NCBI GenBank assembly: GCA_951406725.2
Contig: OX597823.1
Span: 59,086,001 to 59,150,000 of the forward strand
Direction of reading: 5' to 3'
Source: Octopus vulgaris
Taxonomy: Eukaryota
DNA: 64,000 nucleotides
Below the pieces are notes generated by a model. That model was given only the letters and a program-made list of their open reading frames with translations. It did not search any database and was not told the origin of the DNA. The first letter of the stretch is position 1. The number at the start of each line of letters is the position of its first letter. Below, one piece after another: positions 38,898 through 52,417 of this stretch. Position numbers and translations under genes: made by a program.

Positions 38898-39074
38898 ATC
38901 GTGACGTATATTTACCATTTGATTATGGCTAACCCCTAAAGGTGGATGCTACTGTAGTTTGTAGCCCCGGGAAGACACCTCCTCCAGCTGGCTATAGACA
39001 CCCTTTATGTGACCTATCAGTAGCATCCACCCTTAGGGGTTAGCCATATTCAAATGGCAAATATACGTCACGAT
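38898..39074. repeat. Inverted repeat (57-bp arms, 3 mismatches, 63-nt spacer) in a (TA)n-flanked element
   Basis: 38898-38954 is the reverse complement of 39018-39074. Confidence 0.93.
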
Positions 39075-39104
39075 ATATATATATATGTTTATATATAATA
39101 TAGC

Positions 39105-39790
39105 CCGAATTTTTTCTGGACCGCATAAGCCAGACTTTTGTCATTGAATCTCTGAAGTTCAGCCTACAAAACAATTACTACCTATTCGACGAAATATACT
39201 ACCACCTAGTAATCAGTTTCTCTGAATCTACTCTATATGAAGTTTAGCTCCAAAGATTTGGACTCCTATTGCACCGGTATATAAGAGAAAACTGGAAAAG
39301 GTACCTAGACGATTGTTTTATATCTGGAATGAAACCTATGGTAAACCTCTGGACTTCAAATCTACACCGAACAATATAAACTCCAATATTCAATTTAAAA
39401 TGGAATATAACAATGAAGAGCTTCTACTGGACATTTTGATTATAAAAAAAAAAGTCGACATCCAAATTGCAACCGACATCTACCACAAACCAACAAACTC
39501 AAAACATTATCTCCTTTTCAGCTCATGCCATCCTTAACACACAAAAGTAAATATCCCATTCAATCTAGCAAAAAAGAATCAGTACAATTGTACCTGATAC
39601 AACCTCTCGGGTGCTTCGCCAACAACATCTCAAAATAACACTCATTGAACGTCAATACCTACCCGCACTTATAGATCATGGAATTAAACGTGCCAAAGAA
39701 TTGGACACAAACACACTAAGGACAACAAAACACAACACCACACCTCACTTTGAATCACTCCCACACATATCAACCCACAACCCCAGAAAG
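39105..39790 (+). mobile_element. Penelope-like element reverse transcriptase fragment, pseudogenised
   Basis: 'ENWKRYLDDC', 'NSNIQFKMEYNNEELLLDILI', 'TDIYHKPTNSKHYLLFSSCHP' and 'YLPALIDHGIKRA' are hallmark PLE RT-thumb motifs. Confidence 0.9.
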
Positions 39791-39799
39791 ACTGATAAA

Positions 39800-40353
39800 T
39801 TACATTTCATGGGCAAAACATTTAGAGAAGAGACACGCCAAGTAAAATTATTCGTTGTGGATAATGCAATCCATCTGATTGGTTAGAACTATTCGATTTG
39901 TGGCACCTCCCCATAAATCTTTATTGAAATAACATAAATAGTTGTACCGTCAAAAACAAGTCTTCGGAGGAACGTAACAAAAAAAACTGAAAAAAAAGTT
40001 CACCCAAATGTTATCTGAGGATTGAGGCATATGTAGAAAGACAGAAGATTATTTACAAGTAAGTGAAAACGCTGAACCCGTATTTAAAGCAAGCAGAAAA
40101 ATACCGTTCGTGGCAATTGAAACCGTAAATGAAGAGTTGGACAGACTCGAAAAGAATGAAATCATCATAAAGGTGGATTACTCTAAGCGGGCGGCACCCA
40201 CGGTATATATTTTAAAAAATAATAAAATTAGGCTGTGTGCCGATTTCTCTACAGGATTGAACGACTGCTCAAAAGCATACCACCCTCCACTCTCGACTGC
40301 AGGGGGCATTTTTTCAAAGTCAAATGGTGGGAATATTTTTCCAACTTAGATCT
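39800..40353 (+). mobile_element. Gypsy/Ty3 (K02A2.6-like) pol fragment, protease end to RT start, truncated by the gap
   Basis: 'PVFKASRKIPFVAIETVNEELDRLEKNEIIIKVDYSKRAAPTVYILKNNKIRLCADFSTGLND...GGNIF'. Confidence 0.88.
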
Positions 40354-40453
40354 NNNNNNNNNNNNNNNNNNNNNNNNNNNNNNNNNNNNNNNNNNNNNNN
40401 NNNNNNNNNNNNNNNNNNNNNNNNNNNNNNNNNNNNNNNNNNNNNNNNNNNNN
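40354..40453. other. Assembly gap (100 N)
   Basis: A run of exactly 100 N, the usual placeholder for a gap of unknown size. Confidence 0.99.
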
Positions 40454-40485
40454 ACACTCTCACACACACAGACATACACACACAG

Positions 40486-40586
<101 letters not shown>

Positions 40587-41686
40587 GAGACGTGCTTATT
40601 TCAGTGCCTTGGACATTATTTTCTCGACAGCAACCGCCTGGCTACCTGTATAGGAACACAAGAAATTTATGAAGTTTTTAAAGAAGTGTTAGGGTCAATG
40701 AAATCAAGGGTGCTGCATTATAAATGACCGGCCTTCACTATCTCGATCCTAGTTTTATAAAACTGATTCAGTGACATTTGATTTTGATAATAGTTTCTGA
40801 CAGAATTTGAACTTAATATCTAGCAAGATTTGAACTTAATATCCAGAAAAGTAATCATAGTTTGACACAAGTCTTCTGTAACAGCAGCCATTTTATATTA
40901 ACATTTGAGAATATATTAAGGATGTATTAAGAATTCATTAATATATATGTATATATAAAGCCACACACCTTATAAGGACTAAATATAAGTACTCAGAGAC
41001 TACTGCTGCAAAGAAAAATAATAATAATTACGTAAATATCTAAATACCCATTATAGCTAATGTCTTCAGAAATTATAATTAAAAGTATGCACTGAGTGAA
41101 GATATGAAAGTTTTATCTTAACGACCAATTAAAGTCAAAGCAGACACGGGAAATAACTCCGTAATTTTAATTAATAAAATTCATTAAAACAGTAAATCAT
41201 AGTGAGGGAATGAATCTAATCTATTGTCGGAATGGTGAGAAATCTGTACAGGTTCCATTGCCTTGGCTTAAAGAAACCAGAATGAGAAATATAGGATTTC
41301 ACAATAGCCAGTTGTATAACTTCTTACGAAGTTTTGAATACTTCCAGTTGATATTAACTTGTAAATAGCACCATTATTATTAGAGTGAGGATTCATTAGA
41401 TAGTAAGTATTCCCCGATCACCTCAGATCAATTTTGACCATAATGGTTCAGGCCGTGTCGAACATAATAGCACCACCTGCGTCAATTTTAATTTGTATCG
41501 CGTTCAAGTGAGCTGTCTGAGTGAATATCCTTGCTATTTTTGTTGATTGCTTAGCTTTCGTAATCTATTTTCCCTTCTCTCTATTTTCGTTGGAGTAATC
41601 AATCAGTGATAATTAAAAATTCATAAAATGTTGTACGAACTTAGACAAAGGGTAATTTTAGGTGCACTCAGTGTTATTATTATTAC

Positions 41687-41734
<48 letters not shown>

Positions 41735-41789
41735 CATTATCATCATCATCATCATCATCATCATTATCATTATTGTTGTTGTTGTTAAA

Positions 41790-41968
41790 ATGGTGAGGTA
41801 GCAGAATCGTTAGCACGTTGCTTAGCGATATTTCGCATGTCGTTACGTTTTGAGTTCAAATTCCACCAAGGTTGACTTTGCCTATCATCCTTTCAGAGTC
41901 GACAAATTAAGTACTTGAGAAACACTGGATCGATGTAATCGACTATCCCTTTCCCCAAATTCCAGGTC
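41790..41968 (+). mobile_element. SINE family B
   Basis: ggtgaggtagcagaatcgttagcacg...gagttcaaattccaccaaggttgactttgcct. Confidence 0.82.
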
Positions 41969-41974
41969 TTGGAT

Positions 41975-42275
41975 CTCATTGGATCTCACAGAATTTTGCA
42001 ATTCACATTTTCAGTGACTCCTTCTGGGGTTTGTTCATACCACGTCTTTGATTTCCACAGAGCTCCCAATCGATCATTCTTGCCACATTGTCATTGTGTC
42101 TTTTGTATTCACGTTGGGCCAATTTGGGACATTTGCAAACGACGTGCCATACCGTTTCACACCTCTCACCACATTTGTCGTTATCGGTAGTGTTGTCTTT
42201 TCCGCACTTAATATAGTTGGTCCTTAACGCTTGCTCGTGAGCTGCGTAAACATGAGTGCTTCTATCCATCTATCT
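41975..42275 (-). mobile_element. R4/Dong-like LINE zinc-knuckle fragment
   Basis: ORF 42003-42269 'AAHEQALRTNYIK...KCGERCETVWHVVCKCPKLAQREYKRHNDNVARMIDWELC'. Confidence 0.85.
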
Positions 42276-42310
42276 TCAGGTCACACCACTTCATCCATAG
42301 TCACCGGTTC

Positions 42311-42396
<86 letters not shown>

Positions 42397-42400
<4 letters not shown>

Positions 42401-43605
42401 TAGTCTTATTTTTATCGCGTGCTTTCACTGCACTACCAAGCGCAGCTCTGTTTTCATTGGGTATCGGTTGTGTTTTCTTGTGGTGTTCTTATTTTCACTA
42501 TATTGAAAGTTTTTTACGTAAGATGTGTGCGGTGTTTAGCAGTGCTGTTTTCCGTATTTTATGTATACTTGTAAGCCCTGTTTTTTTTTGTTATGTATTT
42601 GTCTGAATGTATTTGTTTATACCTAATGAGTCTACTATATTAGGAATTATTTTTGTTCTTAGACTCCACATTCGAATTACCTCTATTTCCAGATCTTTGT
42701 AGTTTGAAAGTTTCTACGTTTCTTTCAGAAAAACATTCTCACCTGTTGGTATTGGGACATCGATTAGAAAGCATTTTTTTCTTGGTGATCTCTGACAATT
42801 ATATCCGGCCTATTGGTTTTAATTTCTCTATCTGTGTTTATTGGCATATCCCAGAGCATGGTTGTTTTCTGTTGTTATTCCCTAGCGATGGCATAGCTTC
42901 CAGTGTATATAGGTCCAAACTCTGTCGTGTCAGTGAATATATTCCTTCTTAGCCAGGAATGGCTATCATTTTATCATGATCTGTTGCTGTTCCAGCTCTA
43001 GTTTGGATTTCAGTTGTTTTACAGTTTTTGTTGTTTCTTTTTTTTTCTTCAAAATTGTTAGGTACTATGACTTCTTTTTGTATTTATCAGCTCCCTTAAA
43101 GACTGAAAACAGTTTTTTTTTGTTTTATTCGTGTTTGTGGCTATTTGTATTAGTTTTTTCTTGCTTCTGAAGTAGGTTTTTTTGTAGTGCTGTGGTGGTT
43201 ATTTTGCTATAGTTTTCTAGCTGCATAAGGCCTCTACCACCTTCAATGCGTTGTATAAATAGCCTTTCTAAGTCAGATTTTGGGTGGTGCATCCTAAATC
43301 CTGTCAATTTTTTCATGACCTCCTGTTTATTTTGATTAGTTCATTTGGAGTCGATTTAAGAATATTGTAGCTGTAACTTATAACCGTGACAGCCCGAGTG
43401 TTGTTGCCTATTATCTTGTATTTCGCATTGAACACTGTTTTCAGTATTAATCTGACCTGTCTATAGTATTCCTTTTTATTTTCTCTTTCGTTTCTGTGTG
43501 TGGATCATATCTAGTTCATTGATTCCTATGTATTTCTATATCTGGCTTTGGTCTAGTTCTCTTATTTCATTTGCTTTATCTTGTGTGATGCTGCTACTCG
43601 TAACT
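42397..43605 (-). mobile_element. R4/Dong-like LINE 3' portion (post-RT, RLE, 3' UTR), internally deleted
   Basis: 'KEYYRQVRLILKT', 'MHHPKSDLERLFIQRIEGGRGLMQLE', 'LWDMPINTDREIKTNRPDIIVRD' and 'YKDLEIEV'; ends into (TAA)n on the minus strand. Confidence 0.88.
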
Positions 43606-43620
43606 AGTTGTTGTTGTTGT

Positions 43621-43688
<68 letters not shown>

Positions 43689-43959
43689 TTACTACTACTA
43701 CTACTACTATTATTATTATTATTTTCATTAGCATCTTTCAATTCTGTTTCTATTTATTGCCGAGTGTCTTCCTGACACCTAGGGCAGAGAAAGGTTCTGT
43801 ATACATTTGCCGACCATTAAAACTAGCGCACCAGATTGTTCGTTTACAGAGTCATGTAATAGAAAAAATGAGGAAGACAAAAAGAAAAAGGAAAAAAATA
43901 GAATTAGAAAAGTAAACAAATAAAATATAGCGTGGGAAGGAAAGAAAATTTACAGCGAC

Positions 43960-44820
43960 AATGCTCTTCTCAATACGTGTGACGTACCGGTTAAGACAAT
44001 CTTTTGCGCTTCCTGCATGGATGGTATGCCCGGGATCATTCTTTAATAATTTTCATTTATTTCTTTTCAACATTCCAAGTGCCTCTACAATCACTGGTAT
44101 TGTAACCGTCTTGAGATACCACATCATTTCGATCTCGATTAGCAGACCCTTATATTTTCTGAGCTTATCAAATTATTTTGCCGAGATATTATGGTCACAG
44201 AGTATACTCGTGTCAATCAATATTGCTTTTGTCTTTCACAACAATATCTGGTTTATTTGTCTTGATAATTCGATCTGTACATACTGGGAAGTCGCAAAGA
44301 ATAGTTACATTTTCTCCTTCAGTTACAGCCTTAGGGTGGTGCTTGTAACATTTGTCAGTAGCTTTGATTTTATAATGCCGACACATTATCCAATGCAGAT
44401 ATTGGCCAACTCTGTCATGTCTTGATTTGTACTCTACAGGTGCTAAAACCTTACATCCAGAGATTAGGCGGTCGACTGTTTCTATCCCATCGTTGCAGTA
44501 TCGGTACGTTGGGTCTACACCATTTTCCCTCACATTTTCTTGATAGTTCCAAGTCAATAAGCTCTGATCTTGGCAAGCCAAGACGGACCCTTCACTTTCA
44601 GCATTTAGCTCTGAGCTCTGTAGTCACCGATGGGTGTGTTTCTGGTCTACATCAGCTTGTTTGCTACAGGCCACATATTTGCCATGCGGAGATTTTTGGT
44701 CCCACCTATCAGGCAATTGTTCAAGTGCATTTTGCTTTGCTATTGATTTCACCTTCTTTACAACTACAGTTGCTGCACTTCCCTCATGCTGTTCAACCTG
44801 GGTATTATGCATAAATTCAC
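43960..44820 (-). mobile_element. R4/Dong-like LINE C-terminal fragment (different subfamily)
   Basis: 'W..KSPHGKY', 'ACQDQSLLT.NYQ...YRYCNDGIETVDRLISGCKVLAPVEYKSRHDRVGQYLHW...NKPDIVVKD'. Confidence 0.88.
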
Positions 44821-45449
44821 TAGAAAATTTATTATTGGTATTATTGTTGTTGTTGTTGTTATTATTATTATTATTATTATGCTTAGCGGCATTTCGTGCC
44901 TTTAGTAGAAAGGATTATTATTGTTATCAACATTATCATCATCACCATCATTATCATCATCATAATCATAATAATAATTATTATTATTATTAGTTTTACT
45001 CTTGTCTGCAATACCACCATCACCAATACTGCTACTGCAGCTGCTGCTACAACCATTCTGCATTACGGAAGAATTACTTTCTTAAAAATCACCTTATATC
45101 GCGGAACTCCGTTACGTGAAATGTGTGTATTCTCAATGACTTTTATGTTCACTGATTTGCACATGACGTGAAAAACAGGAATAAGGGCTTTTTATTTATT
45201 TTATTTTTTAATTTTGCATTAATGGTGAAATATGTAAAGGTCAAATAGATAACTCTTTGTAAACTGCTCTCATAGATATGGGTATCGGAAGATTTTATTC
45301 TAAAACCAATCAATCACACCCATTTCATAGTGGCTAAATGGATATTGGTAAAATAATGTCATAATACTGCTGACATCATTAATGACAATGTCAATTAACG
45401 ACATTGACATAAACAATTTCAGACATCGATTGACATAAAGTCAGATATT

Positions 45450-45630
45450 TAGGGGAAAAAGAACACTCGATTATATCAATCCCGGTACTTGACAAGTGTT
45501 CACGCTATCGGCCCTAAAACGATGAAAGGCATAGTTGACCTCAGCCGGATTTGAACTCAGACGGTAAAGGGTCAAAATGAAATAATGCAAAGTATTTTGC
45601 AAGACGCTCAATCAAATCGACCACCTGGCT
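45450..45630 (-). mobile_element. SINE family B, decayed
   Basis: gatgaaaggcatagttgacctcagccggatttgaactcagacggta. Confidence 0.65.
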
Positions 45631-45950
45631 CTTTAAATGCTGTTGATAGTGATATGGATGAGGACAATAATCGTAATATCGTTAATGACTAAAACATGAT
45701 GATAACTACTTCGACGACAACGACGACGATGATAATGATAATGGTGGTGGTAGCGGTGATGGAGGTTGAGGTGATATGTCAATTAGAGATAAATTGTCCC
45801 AGTTGAATAACTGAAGCTGTTCTTATTCCATATTCTAATCATAGTTGGATGTGACAATTCTTGAATTTCTTCAATTCATTCAACAACATGATGGATTGGA
45901 AATGAGTAACGATGCATATACATGCATATATGTTAGTGGTTTGTGGGTGC

Positions 45951-45991
<41 letters not shown>

Positions 45992-46074
45992 TACATATTT
46001 ATGTATATGCGTGTGTGTGTGTGTAGATATAGATATAAATCCATACATACATATATTTATACACACACACACAC

Positions 46075-46119
<45 letters not shown>

Positions 46120-46123
<4 letters not shown>

Positions 46124-47393
46124 TTGTCAAGAAAGTTCAGAAAGTTCTTGCGGAATTTTTAACTTTGGATTTAAATGATACATTTTCAAATTAATTTTCG
46201 TTAAATTACTTTGACTTTTTATATCATTTTAAAGCCTGATTTCACTCTATCTAATTGTGTTACTCTTTTTCTTTTTGAATAATTAGACCATTTTTTCCGG
46301 AACGTTGAATGCAACATGGACAAAAGCCAAATTCGCACAATTTTCTTATTCCAGTTCAAGCTAGGACGAAAAGCTGCTGAAAGAGCTCACGATATCAACG
46401 ATGCGTTTGGCCCAGGAACCACTAATGAACGTACAGCACAATGGGGATTCAAGAAATATCTTGAAGATGATAAGCGTAGTGGTCGGCCATCGGATGTTGA
46501 CATCGATCAACTAAGATGCTTAGTGGAAGCCAATCCGCGCACAACTATTCGAGAGCTTGCTTCTGAATTAGACGTAACATATACGACAATTTCAACCATT
46601 TGAAAGAGATTGGAAGAACAAAAATATTTGAGAAACGGGTACCGCACGAACTGAACGACAACCAAAAAAAAAAAAAGAAAAAAACGCCGTTTTGAAGTGT
46701 CGTCTTCCCTTCTTTTACGCAATATGAACGACACGTTTCTCGACCGGATTGTGACTTGCGATGAAAAGTGGATTCTTTACGACAACCTGTGACGCTCAGT
46801 TCAGTAATTGGACGCTGACGAAGCTCCATGGCACTTCCCGAAGCCAAAAGTGCACCAAAAGAAGGTCATGGTGACTGTTTCGTGGTCTGCGGACGGTCTC
46901 ATCCATCATAGCATTTTGGATCCAGCCGAAACTATTACGGCGGAGAAGTACGTTCAGCAAATGGATGAAATGCGTAAGAAACTCCGACAACAACAGCCAG
47001 CATTGGTCAATAGAAAAGGACCAATTCTCCACGACAACGCTCGGCCGCACGTCGTACAACTGACCCAGCAGAAGTAGAATGAATTAGGCTACGAGACTTT
47101 GCCTCATCCCCATACACACCAGACCTTTCGCCTACCAACTACCACTTTTTCAAGCATCTCGACAACTTCCTGCGTGAGAAATGCTTCAAAAACCAAGACG
47201 ATACCAAACACGACTTCATCGCCACCAGAACGCAGGATTTTTTTGCTACTGTCATAAATAAACTTGTTTCCCGTTGGCAAAAGTGTGTTGATTCTGATGG
47301 TGTTTATTTCGATTAATAAAGTTTTGTTTGAGCCGAGATATGTGCATCTGAATTTAAAGGTTAAAAACCGCAAGAACTTTCTTGACATCCTAA
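46120..47393 (+). mobile_element. Near full-length mariner transposon (cecropia/Hsmar1-like), inactive
   Basis: TIRs TAGG(T/A)TGTCAAGAAAGTTCTTGCGG (the left one carries a 9-bp AGAAAGTTC duplication), inserted in (TA)n; ~1.27 kb. Confidence 0.95.
46316..47316 (+). pseudogene. Mariner transposase pseudogene
   Basis: 'MDKSQIRTIFLFQFKLGRKAAE', 'RSGRPS', 'RVPHEL', 'FLDRIVTCDEKWILYDN', 'HDNARPH', 'YTPDLSPTNYHFFKHLDNFL' and 'RWQKCVDSDGVYFD*', with several stops and frameshifts. Confidence 0.95.
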
Positions 47394-49227
47394 TATATAT
47401 ATACTGCGTAAAAGTCAATATGAAGAGTACCCCATCCAACGACAGTTCAATATTATTAAACGTTTCAAATACATGTACTTATCGCGCTACTAATAGTTTC
47501 CCGTACATGCAGGATGCTATTACTTTCAACGGGAAACTATCAGTAGCGCAATAAGTACATCTAGTTGAAACTTTTAGTAATATGTGTGTTTGTGTGTGTG
47601 GGGGGGAGTAAAATATGGATTGAGATAGAATCGGGTACTTGACAAGATATCACCAACAGGTAGGGTTGGATTAACCTGAGGTTCCGGCCTATGGTTAGCA
47701 GGTATCAAAAAGGTTATTCCTGTTGTGTACACAGAGAAAACCAACCCCTTGAGTACTTAGCGCTTAAGAGCTGGTCCAAAGCATGCGTTACATTGATGCT
47801 ACTCTCTAGAGTGTCCGACATGTCGTATATCCCCTTGGTGTATTATAAATCACATGAACAATAACAAACGCATTTCATAGTTAGCCTCGAAATACTTCAA
47901 CCACGTCCCTCCTATATTCTTGGAATATTCTTTTGTTTGTAAAACTATGTTGCTCTGATGATTACGGTTTCTCTAACGAAGTAAGGCTCTCATTCTTCTA
48001 TTAAAACAAAAATGCGAAAGAAACAGCTGTAATGATTCGACATTTATCCATCGTCTCTTATTATTCATTTGCTTATATATATGTGTGCGTGTGTGTGTTT
48101 GTGTGTGTGTTAAAGTAACTTTTAGTTGTTCTATGTTGATAGTATACTGTAAGTATACTCAGATACACAGATACACACACATACACACACGACATATAAA
48201 TATATATGAATATATACATAAACAGATACATATATACATAGGTACTTAATACAGTGTAAATTGCAGATCCAACCCAGGAATGATTCCGAGAGTAGCGAAT
48301 GTACAAAAGAACCCAAGTGTGGCTCAAATTTCCCAACAGTGCTTCGGCAGCTATTATATTGATGCATTCTTAAATTACCTCAGAGCAAAAGCTCATCATC
48401 ATCAGGTAAATCTAACATATAAACAAGTTATGTAGAAATAAAACTCTTACCCCGACCATAGTAGTTGGTGAGCGTGTCATCAAGTCTGGTTCCACCATGG
48501 CAGGTGGTGAACTAGTCATCTTCAGCAAATTCGTGTGCGATATTATGAATTCGACTATAGCTGGTAATACTCGGTAGTACTCCAGTGGGCAATAGATTAG
48601 CTGACAGGGCACACATTTGTCGGCTTTTTGCGAGATAAGGCCATACATCAGAGTGTATGTCATTATTCATCCTTGCCTCCACAATAATGGGGCTGATTGT
48701 TGATGTACGCTCTGATATCCAGAGTAACTTGAGACCCTCTTTTGGGGCACACACATCGATACACTCATTAGCCATAGGTTAATGGATTACCTGTGGTGGT
48801 CAACTCACTGCCCATAATTCCTTCCTGGCTTCCAGTTTAACTCCTCTCTTTTACTCCATAAACAATTAGAAACTCTTTCTCTTGTCACTCCCACTGCCTT
48901 ATTTCTTGCTTTCCTGTTACCTCAATGCCTTTAAGTATTCTCCATACTCACCGGACAGGAAATGTACAGCAAAACTTAATTGGGAAGAGCTACGCCTGAC
49001 TGCTAACCCTATCCCTGACAATCCTGCATCAGGTTCTGTTCTCGGTGCTCGTGAGTTCAAATGTTTGATCGCACCCTTTTCCCCATGTGACTTAAAGTAC
49101 ATCAAGGTTATCTCTTTTACCTCCTCAGACGACAAAAACTACATTCGGCATCAATCAGAAACCCCAATATTCAGTTTATTTCTTAAAATAAAATTAATTT
49201 GAATAACTTGTAATTAGAAATACTTAT

Positions 49228-49661
<434 letters not shown>

Positions 49662-50099
49662 TAAACAATAACGGTATTAATTACTCATAAGAGATTCGGC
49701 ATCAAGGTTGGCTGGTCAACCTGGGGTTATATATGGGTATGGTTGCAGTGTGTGTGTTTGTGTGTGTGATTGTGTGTGTATGTAAGTGTGAGTGTATATA
49801 TATATTTTTATTGTTATACTTTTTATTTGTTCTCCAAAATTTTCTTCAATGCTACTAAGTACATTGTATTTTTGTGTCGCTTTGTTTCTTCGTACGCAAC
49901 TTTACATCTGTAGTACTCACACTTTCTACTTGTCTAGTGAATATTTTTTCTTCTCTTCTTCTTTTGTATATCTTTCTCTATATATAGCTATATACGCAAA
50001 TGTATTTACACACGCATATGTATACACATGCTTGCATGCGTTTCTCTCTATATATATATAGACACACTCATACATATCACACATATTCATACATATATA

Positions 50100-50163
<64 letters not shown>

Positions 50164-50235
50164 TATGAGAGGTAGGAAGGAGGATATAAAAACAAACACA
50201 TATATGTATACATACATACACATATATAAATATAC

Positions 50236-50281
<46 letters not shown>

Positions 50282-51039
50282 CTATATCTATTTCCTTCTC
50301 CCCAACTCTTGTGTCTAAATATGTGTGCGTGTGTGAGTGTGTATAGATACTTACACACAGTACATATATATATATATATATATTGTGTGTGTGTGTATGT
50401 GTGCATTTATCTAGAGAGTTATCTGCTTTATCTGCCATTTTTTTTCTGTCAGTATTATCTACCTATCATCTATTTATCTTTGCAGGTTTCAGTGCAGCTT
50501 TCTTTTTGGCAAATACACAGACACAGAAGTGTAAATGATATCTCGCACGGAAAAGAAGGTGATGTATTGATTATGGAAATAAATTGCCAGCATATGTAAT
50601 CTAATATTAATAATTTATTAAATTCAAAAACTTTCTGATAAACAAAAAATAAATCATCTCTTCTAGTTTTTTTCTTGTCTTATATTTTGTAAATTATTTG
50701 AGAAACAAAAGAATTCCTGTTTTTTTAAGAAAAATTATGATAAAAATTACAGTTTCAAATTTTGTTACAAAGAGAGAACTTTTAGCGAGAGCGGTTTAGA
50801 ACCCAGTACAATGACTGGTACTGTATTTTCCAGCATACAGATTAACGTAGAATATAGTGTAAACATGCGAACATTGTCATTATCTATTCAAATCCTACTC
50901 TATTTCATATGGAACTTTTTAGTCCTACATATTCGTTTTGGGGTACGAGACGATCTACATTTTTCTTTTGGTGGTAAAGTTTGCTCTGAAAAATTCGATT
51001 TGTATGCCGCAGAATAGGGTACTTTAAATTATGGAAACT

Positions 51040-51365
51040 GAGGTGATGAAAGGTAAAGGTAACTCAGAATGTAAAGCGACAGAAGAGATACACAACGCGT
51101 TTTTCTCTACAATGTAGTGATTCTGCCTACTCGTCGTCTTCGCAATAATGGTTTTGGATATAGATGCACGGTCACCAGTTTTCAAGAAAGGGTTTAGACG
51201 ATGTGATCTACGATGTCATAACAGGAGACGTGTAATTAAATTCCGGTGAGGTCGACGTTTCTTTTTATCCTTTCGAAGTCGATAAAATAATTACCAGTCG
51301 AGAATTAGGTTCGATGTAATGGAAGAACCCTCCTCACGAATTTCAGGCCTTGTACCTATAAAAGG
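51040..51365. mobile_element. Two decayed SINE family B fragments in opposite orientation
   Basis: Minus fragment ~51045-51140 (gatgaaaggtaaag...aactcagaatgtaaag); plus fragment ~51235-51365 (aaattccggtgaggtcgac...aggccttgtacctata). Confidence 0.6.
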
Positions 51366-52169
51366 AAGACTTGTGAAGTAATACTACAGTACACTTAAAT
51401 ATTCATGATCACCTTCTAAATCAATAAAAGCTTATAAAATAAATAAGAAAAACTATAAGAAAAAGACAGTAGGAAAGATAAAGCAAAACCTCTGGTACGG
51501 CAAAGTATATGTAACTAAAACACCTCAAGTATATCTGAAATAAAATAAAATAAAATAAACACTGTTGCACGCCAGAACACAGGAGCACATAAAAAAAAAT
51601 CAACCACAGCAAAAATCTAGTGAAAAGAATAATAATAATAATAATAATAATAGTAGTATATAACAATAGGATGTATCTATCCTTGAACTGATGATAAGTT
51701 GGCTTCGACATGCATGTTTATCCTTACTGATAAGGAGATCAATTCGAACCGTACATTTATCAAGAAAAAGTTTAGACTGAAAAAATAAATACATAAAAGA
51801 ATCTTACGTACTCAGTTATCTCAATTTCTTGTGACCAAGATACTGGAAATGGAAATAATCAGAATAGAAGTTATGGAAGTACAAAAAAAAAATAGATTCA
51901 ATAATAATGAAGGTGGTAGTTATGATATATGAAAAACATGGACGATAATAAAGCTTAAAACTTTACACGAAATTAGACAGCTCGGTGCAGTCTGTATTCG
52001 TTGTAAGGTCATTTTAGTTTAATAGCGTACGCAAAGCTATTGCTACACAGCTCTCACAGCACATATGCAAAACAAGCCTCCATCCTTACAACTGCTGCAT
52101 ATCAATAATTAGGGTTATATGAGTTTCGGATGAAACTGCTGAAAACAGAAAATAATAAAATAATAATTC

Positions 52170-52383
52170 TTTCTATCATTAGGTACAGGGCTTGGAATTT
52201 TTTTAGCTGGCGTATAGTCGATTACATCGACCCCCGTGTTCAACTGATACTTATTTTAATCGACCTCGAAACAATAAAAGGAATAGTCAACCTCGGCGAC
52301 ATGTTATTTCAGAACGTAAAGACAGTTGAAATGCCGCTAAGCATTTTATCCAACCTTCTAACAAATCTGCTGGTTTGCCTTCT

Positions 52384-52417
<34 letters not shown>

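Noticed and set aside
46316-47316. SETMAR-like domesticated gene
   Set aside because: Multiple stops and frameshifts, both TIRs retained, and no SET domain nearby.
47956-47985. CTGATGA...CGAAG hammerhead-like words
   Set aside because: The second box is GAAG rather than GAAA, stem II is weak, and stems I and III are absent.
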